64,000 nt of DNA from assembly GCA_045588935.1 (NCBI GenBank), contig JAZNFC010000050.1, positions 12,370 through 76,369 of the forward strand, read 5' to 3'. Positions within the stretch are counted from its first letter, which is position 1; the number at the start of each line of letters is the position of its first letter. The notes beneath the pieces were generated by a model. It was not told the DNA's origin and did no database searches. It saw only the letters and a program-made list of their open reading frames with translations. This document shows, piece by piece, positions 1-9,836 of the stretch. The DNA comes from Alistipes sp. Lineage in GTDB: Bacteria > Bacteroidota > Bacteroidia > Bacteroidales > Rikenellaceae. A program made the position numbers and the translations under genes.

Positions 1-514
1 ATACCGAGTCGTGCTTCTCAAGTGCAGGCGTGGGTGCAGGCGTAGTCTCGGGCTTAACCTCGACCTTGGGTGCAGGCTTGGGCTCGGGCTTCATCTCCGC
101 GGGTTTTTGCTCGGTCTTCTGCTCGGGTGCAGGTGCCGCCTTGGGCTCCTCCTTCTTACCTCCGAGGTCTATCTTACCCAAAATCTTGGGACCACGTACC
201 TCATCCTTCACGCTGATGACATTGCTCTTAATCACGAGCTCCTCCTCGTCATCCGACTCCTTCTCGTTCTGATTGTTAAGGTTTACGGCATTCTTCTGCT
301 GTATGCGCTCACGCACAGCGTTACGTTCATTTCCCGACTGACGATTACCACCAAACTCCTTCTCCAGAACGGCATATACCTCGGCTGATACGGGTGATGA
401 GGGCGAGCACTCACTCTGTAGGCCCTTGCGCTGAAGATAGTCGGCAAGCGTATTAAATCCCACCTTAAACTCCTTAGCGACCTGTATAAGCCTTATCTTC
501 TTATTATTATCCAT
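1..514 (-). CDS. infB: Translation initiation factor IF-2, N-terminal part (truncated by window edge)
   Basis: Not in the ORF track. Manual translation from ATG at 514 gives MDNNKKIRLIQVAKEFKVGFNTLADYLQRKG..., an IF2 N-terminal domain followed by a Pro/Glu/Lys-rich linker. It lies directly downstream of nusA. Confidence 0.92.
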   Translation of the reverse strand, partial: MDNNKKIRLIQVAKEFKVGFNTLADYLQRKGLQSECSPSSPVSAEVYAVLEKEFGGNRQSGNERNAVRERIQQKNAVNLNNQNEKESDDEEELVIKSNVISVKDEVRGPKILGKIDLGGKKEEPKAAPAPEQKTEQKPAEMKPEPKPAPKVEVKPETTPAPTPALEKHDSV

Positions 515-548
515 TCAATACTCCTTTCATTAATCGTTATCAACACTA

Positions 549-1778
549 CTACTCGAACTCTGCCTTGAGGATGGCAACTACAGCCTCGGCCTGCTCGACC
601 TCAAGGTCGGCACGTCGCGCTACCTCCTCCACGGGAAGCTCCAAGACACTCTTCGCCGTGTCGCAGCCCGCAGCCTTCAGGGCCTCGATAACCCAGCCCT
701 CAATCTCGTCTGCAAACTCCGTGAGTGCAACATCCTCCTCCTCAATCTCACGATATACGTCGATGTCGTAGCCTGTGAGCATCTTTGAGAGACGAATATT
801 AAGACCTCCCTTACCAATAGCCAACGACACCTCCTCGGGCTTCAAATACACAGACGCCGTCTTACGCTCCTCGTCGATGGTGATAGAAGATATCTTCGCA
901 GGGTTCAACGAACGCTGAATCATAAGCGAGGTGTTTGCCGTGTAGTTCACCACGTCGATATTCTCGTTACGCAACTCCTTAACCACAGTGTAGATACGTG
1001 CACCCTTCATACCGACACATGCACCTACGGGGTCGATGCGATCGTCGTAAGACTCTACGGCTACCTTCGCACGCTCACCGGGTATGCGGGCAATCTTCTT
1101 GATGGTAATAAGACCATCGTAAATCTCGGGCACCTCCTGCTCGAAGAGACGCTCAAGGAACTGGTTGTCGGTACGAGAAAGAATGATGCGAGGCTGATTG
1201 TTGTTCATCTCCACAGACTTCACAATAGCCTTGATGGCATCGCCCTTGCGGTAGAAGTCGTTAGGTATTTGCTCGCTCTTGGGCAATACGAGGTCGTTAT
1301 CCTCATCGTCACGCACCAAGACCTCCTTCTTCCATACCTGATAAACCTCTCCGGTGATAATCTCACCCACCTTCTCCGAGTACTTCTCAAAGAGAGCCGC
1401 CTTCTCGAGGTCAAGGATGCGTGACGCGAGATTCTGACGCAATGACAATACGGCACGACGACCAAACTTCGTCATGTCTATCTGGTCAACATACTCATCA
1501 CCCACCTCGTAAGAGTCATCTATGGCCTTTACCTCCGATAGCGCAATCTCGGTATTCTCATTCTCCACGGCATCATCCTCGACTACCGTGCGGTTACGCC
1601 AAATCTCAAGGTCACCCTTCTCGGGGTTAATGATAACGTCAAAGTTGTCATCCGTCTCAAACTGCTTCTGCAGTGTGTGGCGAAACACATCCTCCAATAC
1701 GCCAATAAGCGTTGAGTTGTCAATGTTCTTCAGCTCCTTGAACTCGGCAAAGTTGCTGATAAGATTAATGTACTTCAT
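549..1778 (-). CDS. nusA: Transcription termination/antitermination factor NusA
   Basis: S1 and KH motifs (ARIPGERAKVAV, DPVGACVGMKG, LAIGKGGLNIRL); rimP-nusA-infB synteny. Confidence 0.98.
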   Translation of the reverse strand: MKYINLISNFAEFKELKNIDNSTLIGVLEDVFRHTLQKQFETDDNFDVIINPEKGDLEIWRNRTVVEDDAVENENTEIALSEVKAIDDSYEVGDEYVDQIDMTKFGRRAVLSLRQNLASRILDLEKAALFEKYSEKVGEIITGEVYQVWKKEVLVRDDEDNDLVLPKSEQIPNDFYRKGDAIKAIVKSVEMNNNQPRIILSRTDNQFLERLFEQEVPEIYDGLITIKKIARIPGERAKVAVESYDDRIDPVGACVGMKGARIYTVVKELRNENIDVVNYTANTSLMIQRSLNPAKISSITIDEERKTASVYLKPEEVSLAIGKGGLNIRLSKMLTGYDIDVYREIEEEDVALTEFADEIEGWVIEALKAAGCDTAKSVLELPVEEVARRADLEVEQAEAVVAILKAEFE

Positions 1779-1836
1779 TTTTCTGTTTTTATATTTTGTT
1801 TTGTTTTCTAAATCTATGTAGGTCTTACGTTCTCTT

Positions 1837-1932
1837 TATCTGCCCTCATGAGTAAGGCTCGTCGTAGGAGAAAAAAGCGGAGTTTACTTATGGTAAATGG
1901 GCTTTTTCTCGACAAAACAGATGACACAGATA
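1837..1932. repeat. Degenerate palindromic (MITE/RPE-like) element between rimP and nusA
   Basis: GAGAAAAAAGC-GGAG-TTTAC-ttatg-GTAAA-TGG-GCTTTTTCTC core, related to copies at ~3643, ~12068 and ~19498. Confidence 0.6.
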
Positions 1933-1950
1933 GCCCATTATCACAAAAAA

Positions 1951-2418
1951 TTACTTGAAGTCGAGATACTCCTTAACATATTTAATCTCCTCAAACTTAT
2001 AACTCTTTGTCACTTCCACAGTCTGCTTACGCTTCTTACCCTCTATGAGTTGCTTATCCTCATATGAGATTGTCACGCCCTCGGCATCGGCATCATCAAG
2101 TTTGGCGATAATCTTCATTCCATCCTTGAGGAGCACCTCTACAGATGAACCGATAATCTTCTTATACTGGCGCAAGAGCTTGAGCTCCGAGCCTATACCT
2201 GCCGATGCGACCATCAGCGAGTAGTCCTCCACCTCACGGTCGAGCTCCGCCTCGATGGCACGATTTAGCGCAGCACAATCCTCGAGCTTCACGGCGGTGT
2301 CGCTGTCAATAAGTAGCTCAATCTCACCCATGGGCGTAATCTTGCAATCGACAACAAACATATCGCCACCATCGATATGTCGCTCCGCAATCTCTATAAC
2401 CTTCTTAACATCAATCAT
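1951..2418 (-). CDS. rimP: Ribosome maturation factor RimP
   Basis: LEDCAALNRAIEAELDREVEDYSLMVASAGIG motif; upstream of nusA. Confidence 0.95.
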   Translation of the reverse strand: MIDVKKVIEIAERHIDGGDMFVVDCKITPMGEIELLIDSDTAVKLEDCAALNRAIEAELDREVEDYSLMVASAGIGSELKLLRQYKKIIGSSVEVLLKDGMKIIAKLDDADAEGVTISYEDKQLIEGKKRKQTVEVTKSYKFEEIKYVKEYLDFK

Positions 2419-2502
2419 ATATACCTATTATTATCCTTCTATTTTTCATTTCACATATAGCCTTACAGCGCAAGATAATGCTCATTAGAAGGCTATATCC
2501 AC

Positions 2503-2529
2503 GAAAGAAGGGGACTCTCTGTCCCCTCC
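2503..2529 (-). terminator. Leader hairpin / putative attenuator upstream of rimP
   Basis: Minus strand reads GAGGGGAC-agaga-GTCCCCTT-CTTT, between the promoter (2549-2556) and the rimP start. Confidence 0.55.
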
Positions 2530-2548
2530 ATCTCGCATAATTACACCA

Positions 2549-2556
2549 CAAAGGTA
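2549..2556 (-). promoter_or_regulatory. Bacteroidetes -7 promoter element for rimP-nusA-infB
   Basis: TACCTTTG on the minus strand (TAnnTTTG consensus). Confidence 0.65.
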
Positions 2557-2693
2557 CAAATATTTTTCGGTTTTCCAATATATATAGGTATTTTTTTATT
2601 CAGGGATGTTCTATAAATTTGGCGATTGAAGTATAATCTCCCGAAACAAAGCAGTTTTTCACTAATTTATAGGCTATCTCCGATGTCATGCAC

Positions 2694-2723
2694 TTGCACT
2701 TTTCGCATAAATAGCTATCTTTG
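2694..2723 (+). promoter_or_regulatory. Bacteroidetes -33/-7 promoter for panB
   Basis: TTG at 2694 and TATCTTTG at 2716-2723. Confidence 0.65.
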
Positions 2724-2751
2724 TATAAAATTTCAATAGCACGAGCTAATT

Positions 2752-3567
2752 ATGTCAGTAGAAAGTAGAGTTAGAGCAGTCACGACACTGCGACTTACGG
2801 AGATGAAACAGCGTGGTGAGAAGATTGCCATGCTCACGTCATACGACTACTCGATGGCCAAGATTGTGGACCATGCGGGTATAGATGTTATCCTTGTTGG
2901 TGACTCGGCGGCCAATGTTATGGCGGGTTATGAGACCACGTTGCCCATCACGTTGGATATGATGATCTACCATGCCAAGGCTGTGGTGAGAGCTACGAAG
3001 AGGGCTTTGGTTGTTGTGGATTTACCCTTTGGCACATATCAGGGCAACTCGAAGTTGGCTCTTGACTCGGCTGTGCGCATCATGAAGGAGACGGAGGCCG
3101 ATGCCGTGAAGTTAGAGGGTGGCCAAGAGGTCATTGAATCTATACAGCGTATTCTCTCGGCAGGCATTCCTGTTATGGGTCATCTCGGACTTATGCCGCA
3201 GTCGATACATAAGTTCGGCACATATAATGTCAGGGCCAAGGATGAGGCTGAAGCCGAGAAGCTCATCCGCGATGCGCACCTATTAGAGGAGGTTGGATGC
3301 TTCGCAGTGGTTTTGGAGAAGATTCCCGCAGAGCTTGGCCGTCGCGTATCGGAGGAGTTGCATATTCCCACCATCGGCATCGGTGCCGGAGGTGCCACGG
3401 ATGGACAGGTGCTTGTTGCTCACGATATGCTCGGTATCACACAGGCCTTCTCGCCACGATTCTTGCGTCGTTATGCCGACCTCGGAAATACGATTTTAGA
3501 GGCTGTCGGCCACTATGTCGATGATGTAAAGAGCCGCGACTTTCCCAACGAGAAAGAGCAATACTGA
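2752..3567 (+). CDS. panB: 3-methyl-2-oxobutanoate hydroxymethyltransferase
   Basis: [42 protein letters not shown] and DGQVLV motifs. Confidence 0.98.
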   Translation: MSVESRVRAVTTLRLTEMKQRGEKIAMLTSYDYSMAKIVDHAGIDVILVGDSAANVMAGYETTLPITLDMMIYHAKAVVRATKRALVVVDLPFGTYQGNSKLALDSAVRIMKETEADAVKLEGGQEVIESIQRILSAGIPVMGHLGLMPQSIHKFGTYNVRAKDEAEAEKLIRDAHLLEEVGCFAVVLEKIPAELGRRVSEELHIPTIGIGAGGATDGQVLVAHDMLGITQAFSPRFLRRYADLGNTILEAVGHYVDDVKSRDFPNEKEQY

Positions 3568-3587
3568 TAGATATATACACCTTGCGC

Positions 3588-3629
3588 GAGAACGCCTGTC
3601 CCGAGAAATGTGGACAGGCGATCTCTTTT
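3588..3629 (+). terminator. Intrinsic terminator after panB
   Basis: CGCCTGTCC...GGACAGGCG stem followed by ATCTCTTTT. Confidence 0.65.
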
Positions 3630-3641
3630 ATTGGAAAGAGC

Positions 3642-3735
3642 AAGGCTTGCGAACTTCGAAAAACCGCAGTTTACTAATCGTAAATGAGGATTTTGAGAAG
3701 GAGCATAACGCAGCTATTCGCCATTTTCACAGCTC
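3642..3735. repeat. Palindromic (MITE/RPE-like) element between convergent panB and folA
   Basis: AGGCTTGCGAA...AAAACCGCAG-TTTAC-taatc-GTAAA-TGAGGATTTT core; homologous to the copies at ~1860, ~12068 and ~19498. Confidence 0.65.
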
Positions 3736-3745
3736 CAAAACCTTG

Positions 3746-4228
3746 TTAGATAGCTTCATACATTAGAAAAGCAAACCCATAAGGATACTCCTCACCTCGC
3801 TCATATCGCTCCTCGGACACAAGCCTCCAACGAGAATAATCTATATCGGGAAATGAGGTGTCACCCTTGTAGTCATGCTCCACGCGCGTGATGTAGAGGC
3901 GGTCGGCAATATTCAACGCCTCGGCATATATCTGCGCTCCGCCAATGATAAATATCTCTTCATCGCCCTTGGCCATGGCTACAGCCTCCTCGATGGAGTG
4001 AGCTGTGAGAGCACCCTCAAAGGTGCGCTCGGCACGTGTGATAACGATATTGGTACGCTTGGGCAGAGGCCTCGAGCCGAGCGACTCGAAGGTCTTGCGA
4101 CCCATGATTACGGCATGTCCCGATGTCGTCGTGCGAAAGAAACGCATATCCTCCTTAATATGCCACAGCAGGGCATTCTTATCTCCTATAACGCCATTCT
4201 GTGCGATGGCGACAATGATGCTTACCAT
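3746..4228 (-). CDS. folA: Dihydrofolate reductase
   Basis: VIMGRKTFES, RPLPKRTNIV, IIGGAQIY and GDTSFP motifs; follows thyA. Confidence 0.98.
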   Translation of the reverse strand: MVSIIVAIAQNGVIGDKNALLWHIKEDMRFFRTTTSGHAVIMGRKTFESLGSRPLPKRTNIVITRAERTFEGALTAHSIEEAVAMAKGDEEIFIIGGAQIYAEALNIADRLYITRVEHDYKGDTSFPDIDYSRWRLVSEERYERGEEYPYGFAFLMYEAI

Positions 4229-4231
4229 AAT

Positions 4232-5125
4232 TTAGAACGATAAAGGTGCTTTAATTGCGGGATGGGGGTCGTAACCCTCCAACTCGAAGTCTTCGTATGT
4301 GTAGTCAAATATAGATTTCACGGCGCCGTTGAGCTTCAGCGTTGGGAGCCTGCGAGGCTCACGCGACAGCTGCTCGGCAGCCTGCTCAAGGTGGTTGAGG
4401 TAGAGGTGAGCATCACCCAACGTATGCACGAAGTCACCAAGTTCCAAGCCACACTCCCGGGCAATCATCATCGTGAGCAGCGCATAAGAGGCAATATTGA
4501 AGGGCACACCCAGAAAGCAGTCGGCACTACGCTGATAGAGCTGACACGAGAGCTTACCCTCGGCAACAAAGAACTGAAACATCGTATGACACGGAGGCAG
4601 CGCCATGGTATCTACATCGGCAACATTCCATGCCGAGACAATCATACGACGTGACGTGGGATTTGTCTTAAGTGTATCTATAACCTTCTGTATCTGATCT
4701 ATAGATCCGCCATCGGGCTTGGGCCAGCTGCGCCACTGGTAGCCATATACATGGTTGAGATCACCAAAGCGGTAGCCCCCGATAGGCGACTCCATACCTG
4801 CCGCCCGAAGGAAGGTATCCATATCCACGGGCAGCACACCATGCTTGACACACAGCTCGTTATAGTAACGGAAAGCATCGCTATCCCAAATATGCACACC
4901 ATTCTCCACGAGGTATTTTATATTGGTATCACCGCGCAGGAACCACAACAACTCATGCACGATACCCTTCATAAACACGCGCTTGGTAGTGAGCAGAGGA
5001 AAACCCTCGGCGAGGTTGAAGCGCATCTGATATCCGAAGATACCCTTCGTGCCTGTGCCCGTGCGGTCGCCACGCACCACACCCTCACGGCAAATCTTAT
5101 CCAGCAGCTCAAGATATTGTTTCAT
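4232..5125 (-). CDS. thyA: Thymidylate synthase
   Basis: DRTGTGT, FPLLTTK, ALPPCH, LYQRSAD and PFNIASY motifs. Confidence 0.98.
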   Translation of the reverse strand: MKQYLELLDKICREGVVRGDRTGTGTKGIFGYQMRFNLAEGFPLLTTKRVFMKGIVHELLWFLRGDTNIKYLVENGVHIWDSDAFRYYNELCVKHGVLPVDMDTFLRAAGMESPIGGYRFGDLNHVYGYQWRSWPKPDGGSIDQIQKVIDTLKTNPTSRRMIVSAWNVADVDTMALPPCHTMFQFFVAEGKLSCQLYQRSADCFLGVPFNIASYALLTMMIARECGLELGDFVHTLGDAHLYLNHLEQAAEQLSREPRRLPTLKLNGAVKSIFDYTYEDFELEGYDPHPAIKAPLSF

Positions 5126-5867
5126 CTATTGCAAAAGTTTTAAGACTCAACATATTATCGCTATCCATCGCGACATATACAGCCTCCTCGGCCGACCAGT
5201 CACTCAGGAAAAACATCTCGTATTCCTCCATCTTCTCATGGTGCGGAATGTGCATATGCCCGAAGATGTAGGCCTCGACATTCGTGTGCGATAGTTTATG
5301 CTCCGAGGCATACTCCTTTAGCGGAGTTAAATGCGCAAGCGACAGCGCCACAGCGCCATGCGACTTACGCGACTTGCCACTCCACCAACATCCAAACTTC
5401 AGCGCCAAGTCGGGATGCACAAGCCAGCTAAAGAGACAGCGCGCCACCGACGAACGGAAGAATAGATTCATAAGGCGCAACATCGGTTGCCCCTTGACAT
5501 TCATATTATCGCCATGCGCCAAATGTACTACCCTACCGCCAATATGCTCCACACGAGGATTACGCTCGATGCGGATGCCACACTCACGCGTGAGATAGTC
5601 ATAGCACCACATATCATGATTACCCGTATAGAGCACAACCTCGACACCACGACGCGAGAACTCCGACAGACGACTCAACACGCGCACAAAGCCGGCAGGC
5701 ACAACTCTATGGTATTCAAACCAGAAGTCAAAGATATCGCCCAAAAGGTAGAGCGACGTGACATCCGGGGCTATCATATCCAACCAGCGGCAAAAGGCCT
5801 CCTCCGTGCGTCGCTGCTGCTCTGCACTGCCACCACCAAGATGTATATCCGAGACGAAATAGATCAT
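5109..5867 (-). CDS. lpxH: UDP-2,3-diacylglucosamine hydrolase (LpxH family)
   Basis: [25 protein letters not shown] and FGHMH metallophosphoesterase motifs typical of the Bacteroidetes LpxH family. Confidence 0.85.
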   Translation of the reverse strand: MIYFVSDIHLGGGSAEQQRRTEEAFCRWLDMIAPDVTSLYLLGDIFDFWFEYHRVVPAGFVRVLSRLSEFSRRGVEVVLYTGNHDMWCYDYLTRECGIRIERNPRVEHIGGRVVHLAHGDNMNVKGQPMLRLMNLFFRSSVARCLFSWLVHPDLALKFGCWWSGKSRKSHGAVALSLAHLTPLKEYASEHKLSHTNVEAYIFGHMHIPHHEKMEEYEMFFLSDWSAEEAVYVAMDSDNMLSLKTFAIDETIS

Positions 5868-5873
5868 TTGCCG

Positions 5874-7022
5874 TTATAATCGTTTAACAATCTCCGCTTC
5901 AATACGTTCAATACCCATGGGACACATATTCATATCGCCATCACGCGAGATGATATAGGCCATAGGCAGCGTGCCGACATTATATGTAGCAAAGACCTCT
6001 GGGTTATGACCTCCAAACACAGATATCCAGGGATGCTTCTGTTGACGTACAGCCTCAATCCACATCGAGATATCACTATCCGACGAGACATGATATATCT
6101 CAAAGCCTCGGTCATGATACTTATCATAGATTGCCTTCAAATCGGCATTCATCGTATTACATAGCGCATTGGTTGCCGACCAAAAATAGAGAAGCACAAC
6201 CTTACCATCGAGCGATGAGAGTCGATATGACTTCTTATATATATCCTCCAGCTCAATATCCGGATAGTTCACCATCGTCACCTTACTTGTGATTTCAGCG
6301 AGAGTCACCTGCTCGGCAACGCTCCTCTCGAGCAGTGTTATATATGGTGAGGTGGGATACGAAGCTCGTATTCCTTCGAGGACCGAGCGGTAGTGCGCCA
6401 AGCCTATGCCGTAACCCTCAAGTTGAGGTATATAACGCTCTGCAACCCTGTGGTGCATAGCATAAAAGGCCGCCAGCGTACCGGGGTTACTGCCAACAAA
6501 ACGCAACTGCGTCTGTATAGCATCCTTGGCCGCTTGATAGGCCCGCATCTCCATATCCGAGAGGCGATTATCCTTACGTTCGATGTTGTTGGCTATATTC
6601 GACAGACGGTCACCGGCATTGAAATAGTCGCGCGTGAAGAGACGTATAAGCTCCGACTCACGGCTGCCTCGAACCTCGTAGTTTAAGAAGATATCTCCCG
6701 CAGCCTCCAGATATATATTGTCACCCGGAGCAACCACAATGACCACAGGACGATGTTCGCCACCAAAACTTAAGCTATAAAAACGTGGAGAGGCATCCTC
6801 CTCAACCTCAAAGTTAAAACAAAAACCTCCATCATCGGCAAGGGCTGCACGTGCAACGACCTCCGACGAGTCGAACGTATCGGATATACGCTCCAAAAAG
6901 AGCGAGTCCACAACACCGCCTACAAAGCGACCTTCGACAGTTGCCATATGGGGAGTCACCCTCTCCTGACAACCACAAAATGCTGCAACACAGATGGCAG
7001 CAACTATAATCAATCTCTTCAT
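5874..7022 (-). CDS. TlpA/AhpC-TSA family thioredoxin-like lipoprotein
   Basis: Lipoprotein signal (AFCGC); C-terminal redoxin domain LSSLDGKVVLLYFW...YHDRGFEIYHVS; atypical active site (NALC). Confidence 0.85.
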   Translation of the reverse strand: MKRLIIVAAICVAAFCGCQERVTPHMATVEGRFVGGVVDSLFLERISDTFDSSEVVARAALADDGGFCFNFEVEEDASPRFYSLSFGGEHRPVVIVVAPGDNIYLEAAGDIFLNYEVRGSRESELIRLFTRDYFNAGDRLSNIANNIERKDNRLSDMEMRAYQAAKDAIQTQLRFVGSNPGTLAAFYAMHHRVAERYIPQLEGYGIGLAHYRSVLEGIRASYPTSPYITLLERSVAEQVTLAEITSKVTMVNYPDIELEDIYKKSYRLSSLDGKVVLLYFWSATNALCNTMNADLKAIYDKYHDRGFEIYHVSSDSDISMWIEAVRQQKHPWISVFGGHNPEVFATYNVGTLPMAYIISRDGDMNMCPMGIERIEAEIVKRL

Positions 7023-7083
7023 TCTTCTATGCTTGAATATCGTAGAGTGGAATATCCACCTGTTATATGCTATATAACGTCAC

Positions 7084-7782
7084 TTACTTTGCGACATTGT
7101 GTCGCACAGCACCTTTTGTCGCGCGCGCCTGCGGCTTACGGTTTGTTGTACGCTGCTGCTTACCTCGCTTCACATTACGCACTGCCGAGGCTTGGTGGTA
7201 ATCACTGCGCACCGCACTCAACGACTCCATGTCTATATCGATATTCTCTCCCGACATAAGACGCATATCACGAAGTATGGAGTCGTTATTGGGATACTCG
7301 TTATTAAATTCCGTACTCTTTGTTCGCATATATCTCACAACATTGGCGACCTCGGGTATTACATCCTGCGAGGCACGCTCCTCGGCAATATAGCGAGCCA
7401 TGCGCTGCACATACTTACCATAGTGCTTAAACATTATGCGCTGCTGCGGATAGTGCAATTTTTCAGGCACGATAGATAGATCTTGGCGCGAAGGTTGCGG
7501 GTATGGTGAATCGACATCGAGTCTGAAATCCGACATTATGAAGAGGTGGTCCCAAAGTTTATGCTTGAAATCCTCCGTATCACGCAACATAGGGTTGAGA
7601 TTACCCATCACGGCAATCACGGCCTTAGCTTGGCGTGTGCGCTCGGCGCGATCCTCAATCTCGAGCAGCAGATCTACCATACTCTGTATATGTCGTCCAT
7701 ATTCAGGGAGGAAGAGTTTGCGCCTGGTATAATTATAATTCTTTTTCATAGTCATGTTATTATCCCGTTTGATTATAACCAC
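7084..7782 (-). CDS. DUF4290-family protein (true start may be 7755 or 7749)
   Basis: LPEYGRHIQ, HKLWDHLFIMSDFRLDVDSPYP and HYGK motifs of this conserved Bacteroidetes family; basic tail. Confidence 0.85.
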   Translation of the reverse strand: MVIIKRDNNMTMKKNYNYTRRKLFLPEYGRHIQSMVDLLLEIEDRAERTRQAKAVIAVMGNLNPMLRDTEDFKHKLWDHLFIMSDFRLDVDSPYPQPSRQDLSIVPEKLHYPQQRIMFKHYGKYVQRMARYIAEERASQDVIPEVANVVRYMRTKSTEFNNEYPNNDSILRDMRLMSGENIDIDMESLSAVRSDYHQASAVRNVKRGKQQRTTNRKPQARATKGAVRHNVAK

Positions 7783-7861
7783 TCACAAAAAAATAGCGAT
7801 TACTATTCAATCTAATAATGGGTTAGAGCCAATCTGCTATCAGGGTATTGCACTATAATGC

Positions 7862-7869
7862 CAAATGTA
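7862..7869 (-). promoter_or_regulatory. -7 promoter element for the DUF4290-tlpA-lpxH-thyA-folA operon
   Basis: TACATTTG on the minus strand. Confidence 0.55.
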
Positions 7870-7964
7870 GCATCTTTCGTCGCCTTTAGCCAAGCAGAGT
7901 TTGAGCATCTGGTGTAATGACCGAACATTGCCACTGACAACCACCGTTTAACTCTACAAAGTAA

Positions 7965-9134
7965 ATGCAAATTATTCATAAAAACAAAAGTATGACAAGA
8001 ATTTTGATTCTATCACGCTCAAAAAGCATGGTAAACTCTTTGAGTGAACGACTACGTTTCGAGAACTTCTCGACCACCGAAGCCGAGAGCCTGCCACAGG
8101 CCAACGAGATAAGTCGAGCCATGCACTTCGATGCCGCTATAATCGATGACGAGCTATCGACCGAAGAGCTGGGAATTCCACATATTATCATAGCTCGCAA
8201 TCCTGATATGAACTCCGCAGTCGAAGCGCTACGCCACGGCGCAATAGACTACCTCTCGACGCCTATCGACATGAATAGACTTCTCGACACGCTGCGCAGC
8301 CTTGATGCCGAGTCGGAGATTGAGAGCAGCAATGACACGCCTCGCACCACACGTCAACCATCACGTCGCACGAATTGTGCCACACAACCCATCATAGGTC
8401 GCTCGGCAGCCATAGAGCATGTCCGACAGATGATACGTCGCGTAGCGCCCTCGGATGCCCGCGTACTGGTGCTCGGCGAGAATGGCACAGGCAAGGAGCT
8501 TGTAGCTCGCTGGCTGCACTTGAAGAGCCGACGCGCCGAGGCCCCATTTATCGAGGTGAACTGCGCAGCCATACCTGCCGAGCTTATCGAGAGTGAACTC
8601 TTTGGGCACGAGAAGGGCTCCTTCACCTCGGCCGTGAAGCAGCGCAAAGGCAAGTTCGAGTTGGCAAACGGAGGCACTCTGTTTATGGATGAGATAGGCG
8701 ACATGTCGCTCTCGGCACAAGCCAAGGTGCTACGCGCCCTGCAGGAGAATAAGATTACACGCGTGGGAGGCGACCGAGATATCGCCGTAGATGTACGTGT
8801 CGTGGCTGCAACAAATAAGGATATACGCAAGGAGATAGAGTGCGGCAACTTCCGCGAAGACCTCTATCATCGCTTGAGTGTGATTGAGATAGATGTTCCG
8901 CCACTACGTGAGCGTCGTGACGATATAGCCCTACTTGTCGAGCACTTCGTGGCCGAGATATGCTCACGACACAATATCACAACAAAGGATGTCGAGCCCG
9001 AGGCGATGGATATACTATCACAACGCACATGGAGTGGTAATATACGCGAACTGCACAACGTCGTGGAGCGACTGATAATCCTCTGTGACGAACATATCAC
9101 AGCCGAGGCTGTGGAGCTATACTGCAGGCATTAA
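7965..9134 (+). CDS. Sigma-54-interaction (NtrC/NtrX-like) AAA+ regulator with degenerate receiver domain and no obvious HTH (start may be 7992)
   Basis: Walker A GENGTGKE, ESELFGHEKGSFTSA, Walker B LFMDEIGDM, FREDLYHRL and WSGNIRELHN. Confidence 0.9.
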   Translation: MQIIHKNKSMTRILILSRSKSMVNSLSERLRFENFSTTEAESLPQANEISRAMHFDAAIIDDELSTEELGIPHIIIARNPDMNSAVEALRHGAIDYLSTPIDMNRLLDTLRSLDAESEIESSNDTPRTTRQPSRRTNCATQPIIGRSAAIEHVRQMIRRVAPSDARVLVLGENGTGKELVARWLHLKSRRAEAPFIEVNCAAIPAELIESELFGHEKGSFTSAVKQRKGKFELANGGTLFMDEIGDMSLSAQAKVLRALQENKITRVGGDRDIAVDVRVVAATNKDIRKEIECGNFREDLYHRLSVIEIDVPPLRERRDDIALLVEHFVAEICSRHNITTKDVEPEAMDILSQRTWSGNIRELHNVVERLIILCDEHITAEAVELYCRH

Positions 9135-9790
9135 CCGCGGAGCTCCTTCTCAAGCTCCTCAACCGTAGTAACAACACTCTCGGCACCCGCAGCATAGAGC
9201 TCCTCGGCGAAGCGAAAGCCCCAAGCCACACCGATGGAATCAATACCTGCGGCCGCAGCCGTGCGTATATCTATGCCCGAGTCGCCAACCATCACGGCAC
9301 GTGACGACTCAACACCCGACACGCGCAGAATATTATGGATAATGGCAGGATCGGGCTTTAGAGGTACACCCTCGCGATTGCCTTCTACTGCAACAAACTC
9401 TATATCGCCAAAGAACTTCGCTACGAGTCGGTCTGTACCATGCTGAAACTTATTAGAGGCTACGGCCAACTTCACGCCCTCGCCGCCAAGTCGATGCAAC
9501 AGCTCACACATACCCTCATAGGGCATAGTATGGCGGTCGATATTATCTACATAGTAGCGACGGAACTGCGCTACACACTCCTCAACATAGGCCTCATCCG
9601 TAGCAAGCTCCGCGGGCAGGGCACGCTCCACAAGACGCTTAATACCGCCACCCACCATCTGTCGATACTCCGCATCGGTATGCTCGGGCAGGTTGCGCGA
9701 GCGCATGACATAATCCACCGAAGCCGCCAAATCGCCAATAGTATTTAGCAGCGTACCATCCAAATCGAATATTACAATATCGTATTTCAT
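9131..9790 (-). CDS. HAD-family hydrolase (phosphoglycolate phosphatase-like)
   Basis: Start reassigned to MKYDIVIFDLDGTLLNT (HAD motif I); ASNK, KPDP and MVGDSGID motifs. Confidence 0.92.
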   Translation of the reverse strand: MKYDIVIFDLDGTLLNTIGDLAASVDYVMRSRNLPEHTDAEYRQMVGGGIKRLVERALPAELATDEAYVEECVAQFRRYYVDNIDRHTMPYEGMCELLHRLGGEGVKLAVASNKFQHGTDRLVAKFFGDIEFVAVEGNREGVPLKPDPAIIHNILRVSGVESSRAVMVGDSGIDIRTAAAAGIDSIGVAWGFRFAEELYAAGAESVVTTVEELEKELRG

Positions 9791-9794
9791 GCTA

Positions 9795-9831
9795 CAAAGA
9801 TATCTATTTTCGAGAAAAAATGATAACTTTG
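9795..9831. promoter_or_regulatory. Back-to-back divergent -7 promoter elements
   Basis: TATCTTTG (minus, 9795-9802) lies 4 nt before the HAD ATG; TAACTTTG (plus, 9824-9831) lies 5 nt before the GT2 ATG. Confidence 0.65.
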
Positions 9832-9836
9832 CAGAT

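Noticed and set aside
11-388. + strand ORFs at the window start
   Set aside because: They are antisense to the infB N-terminus.
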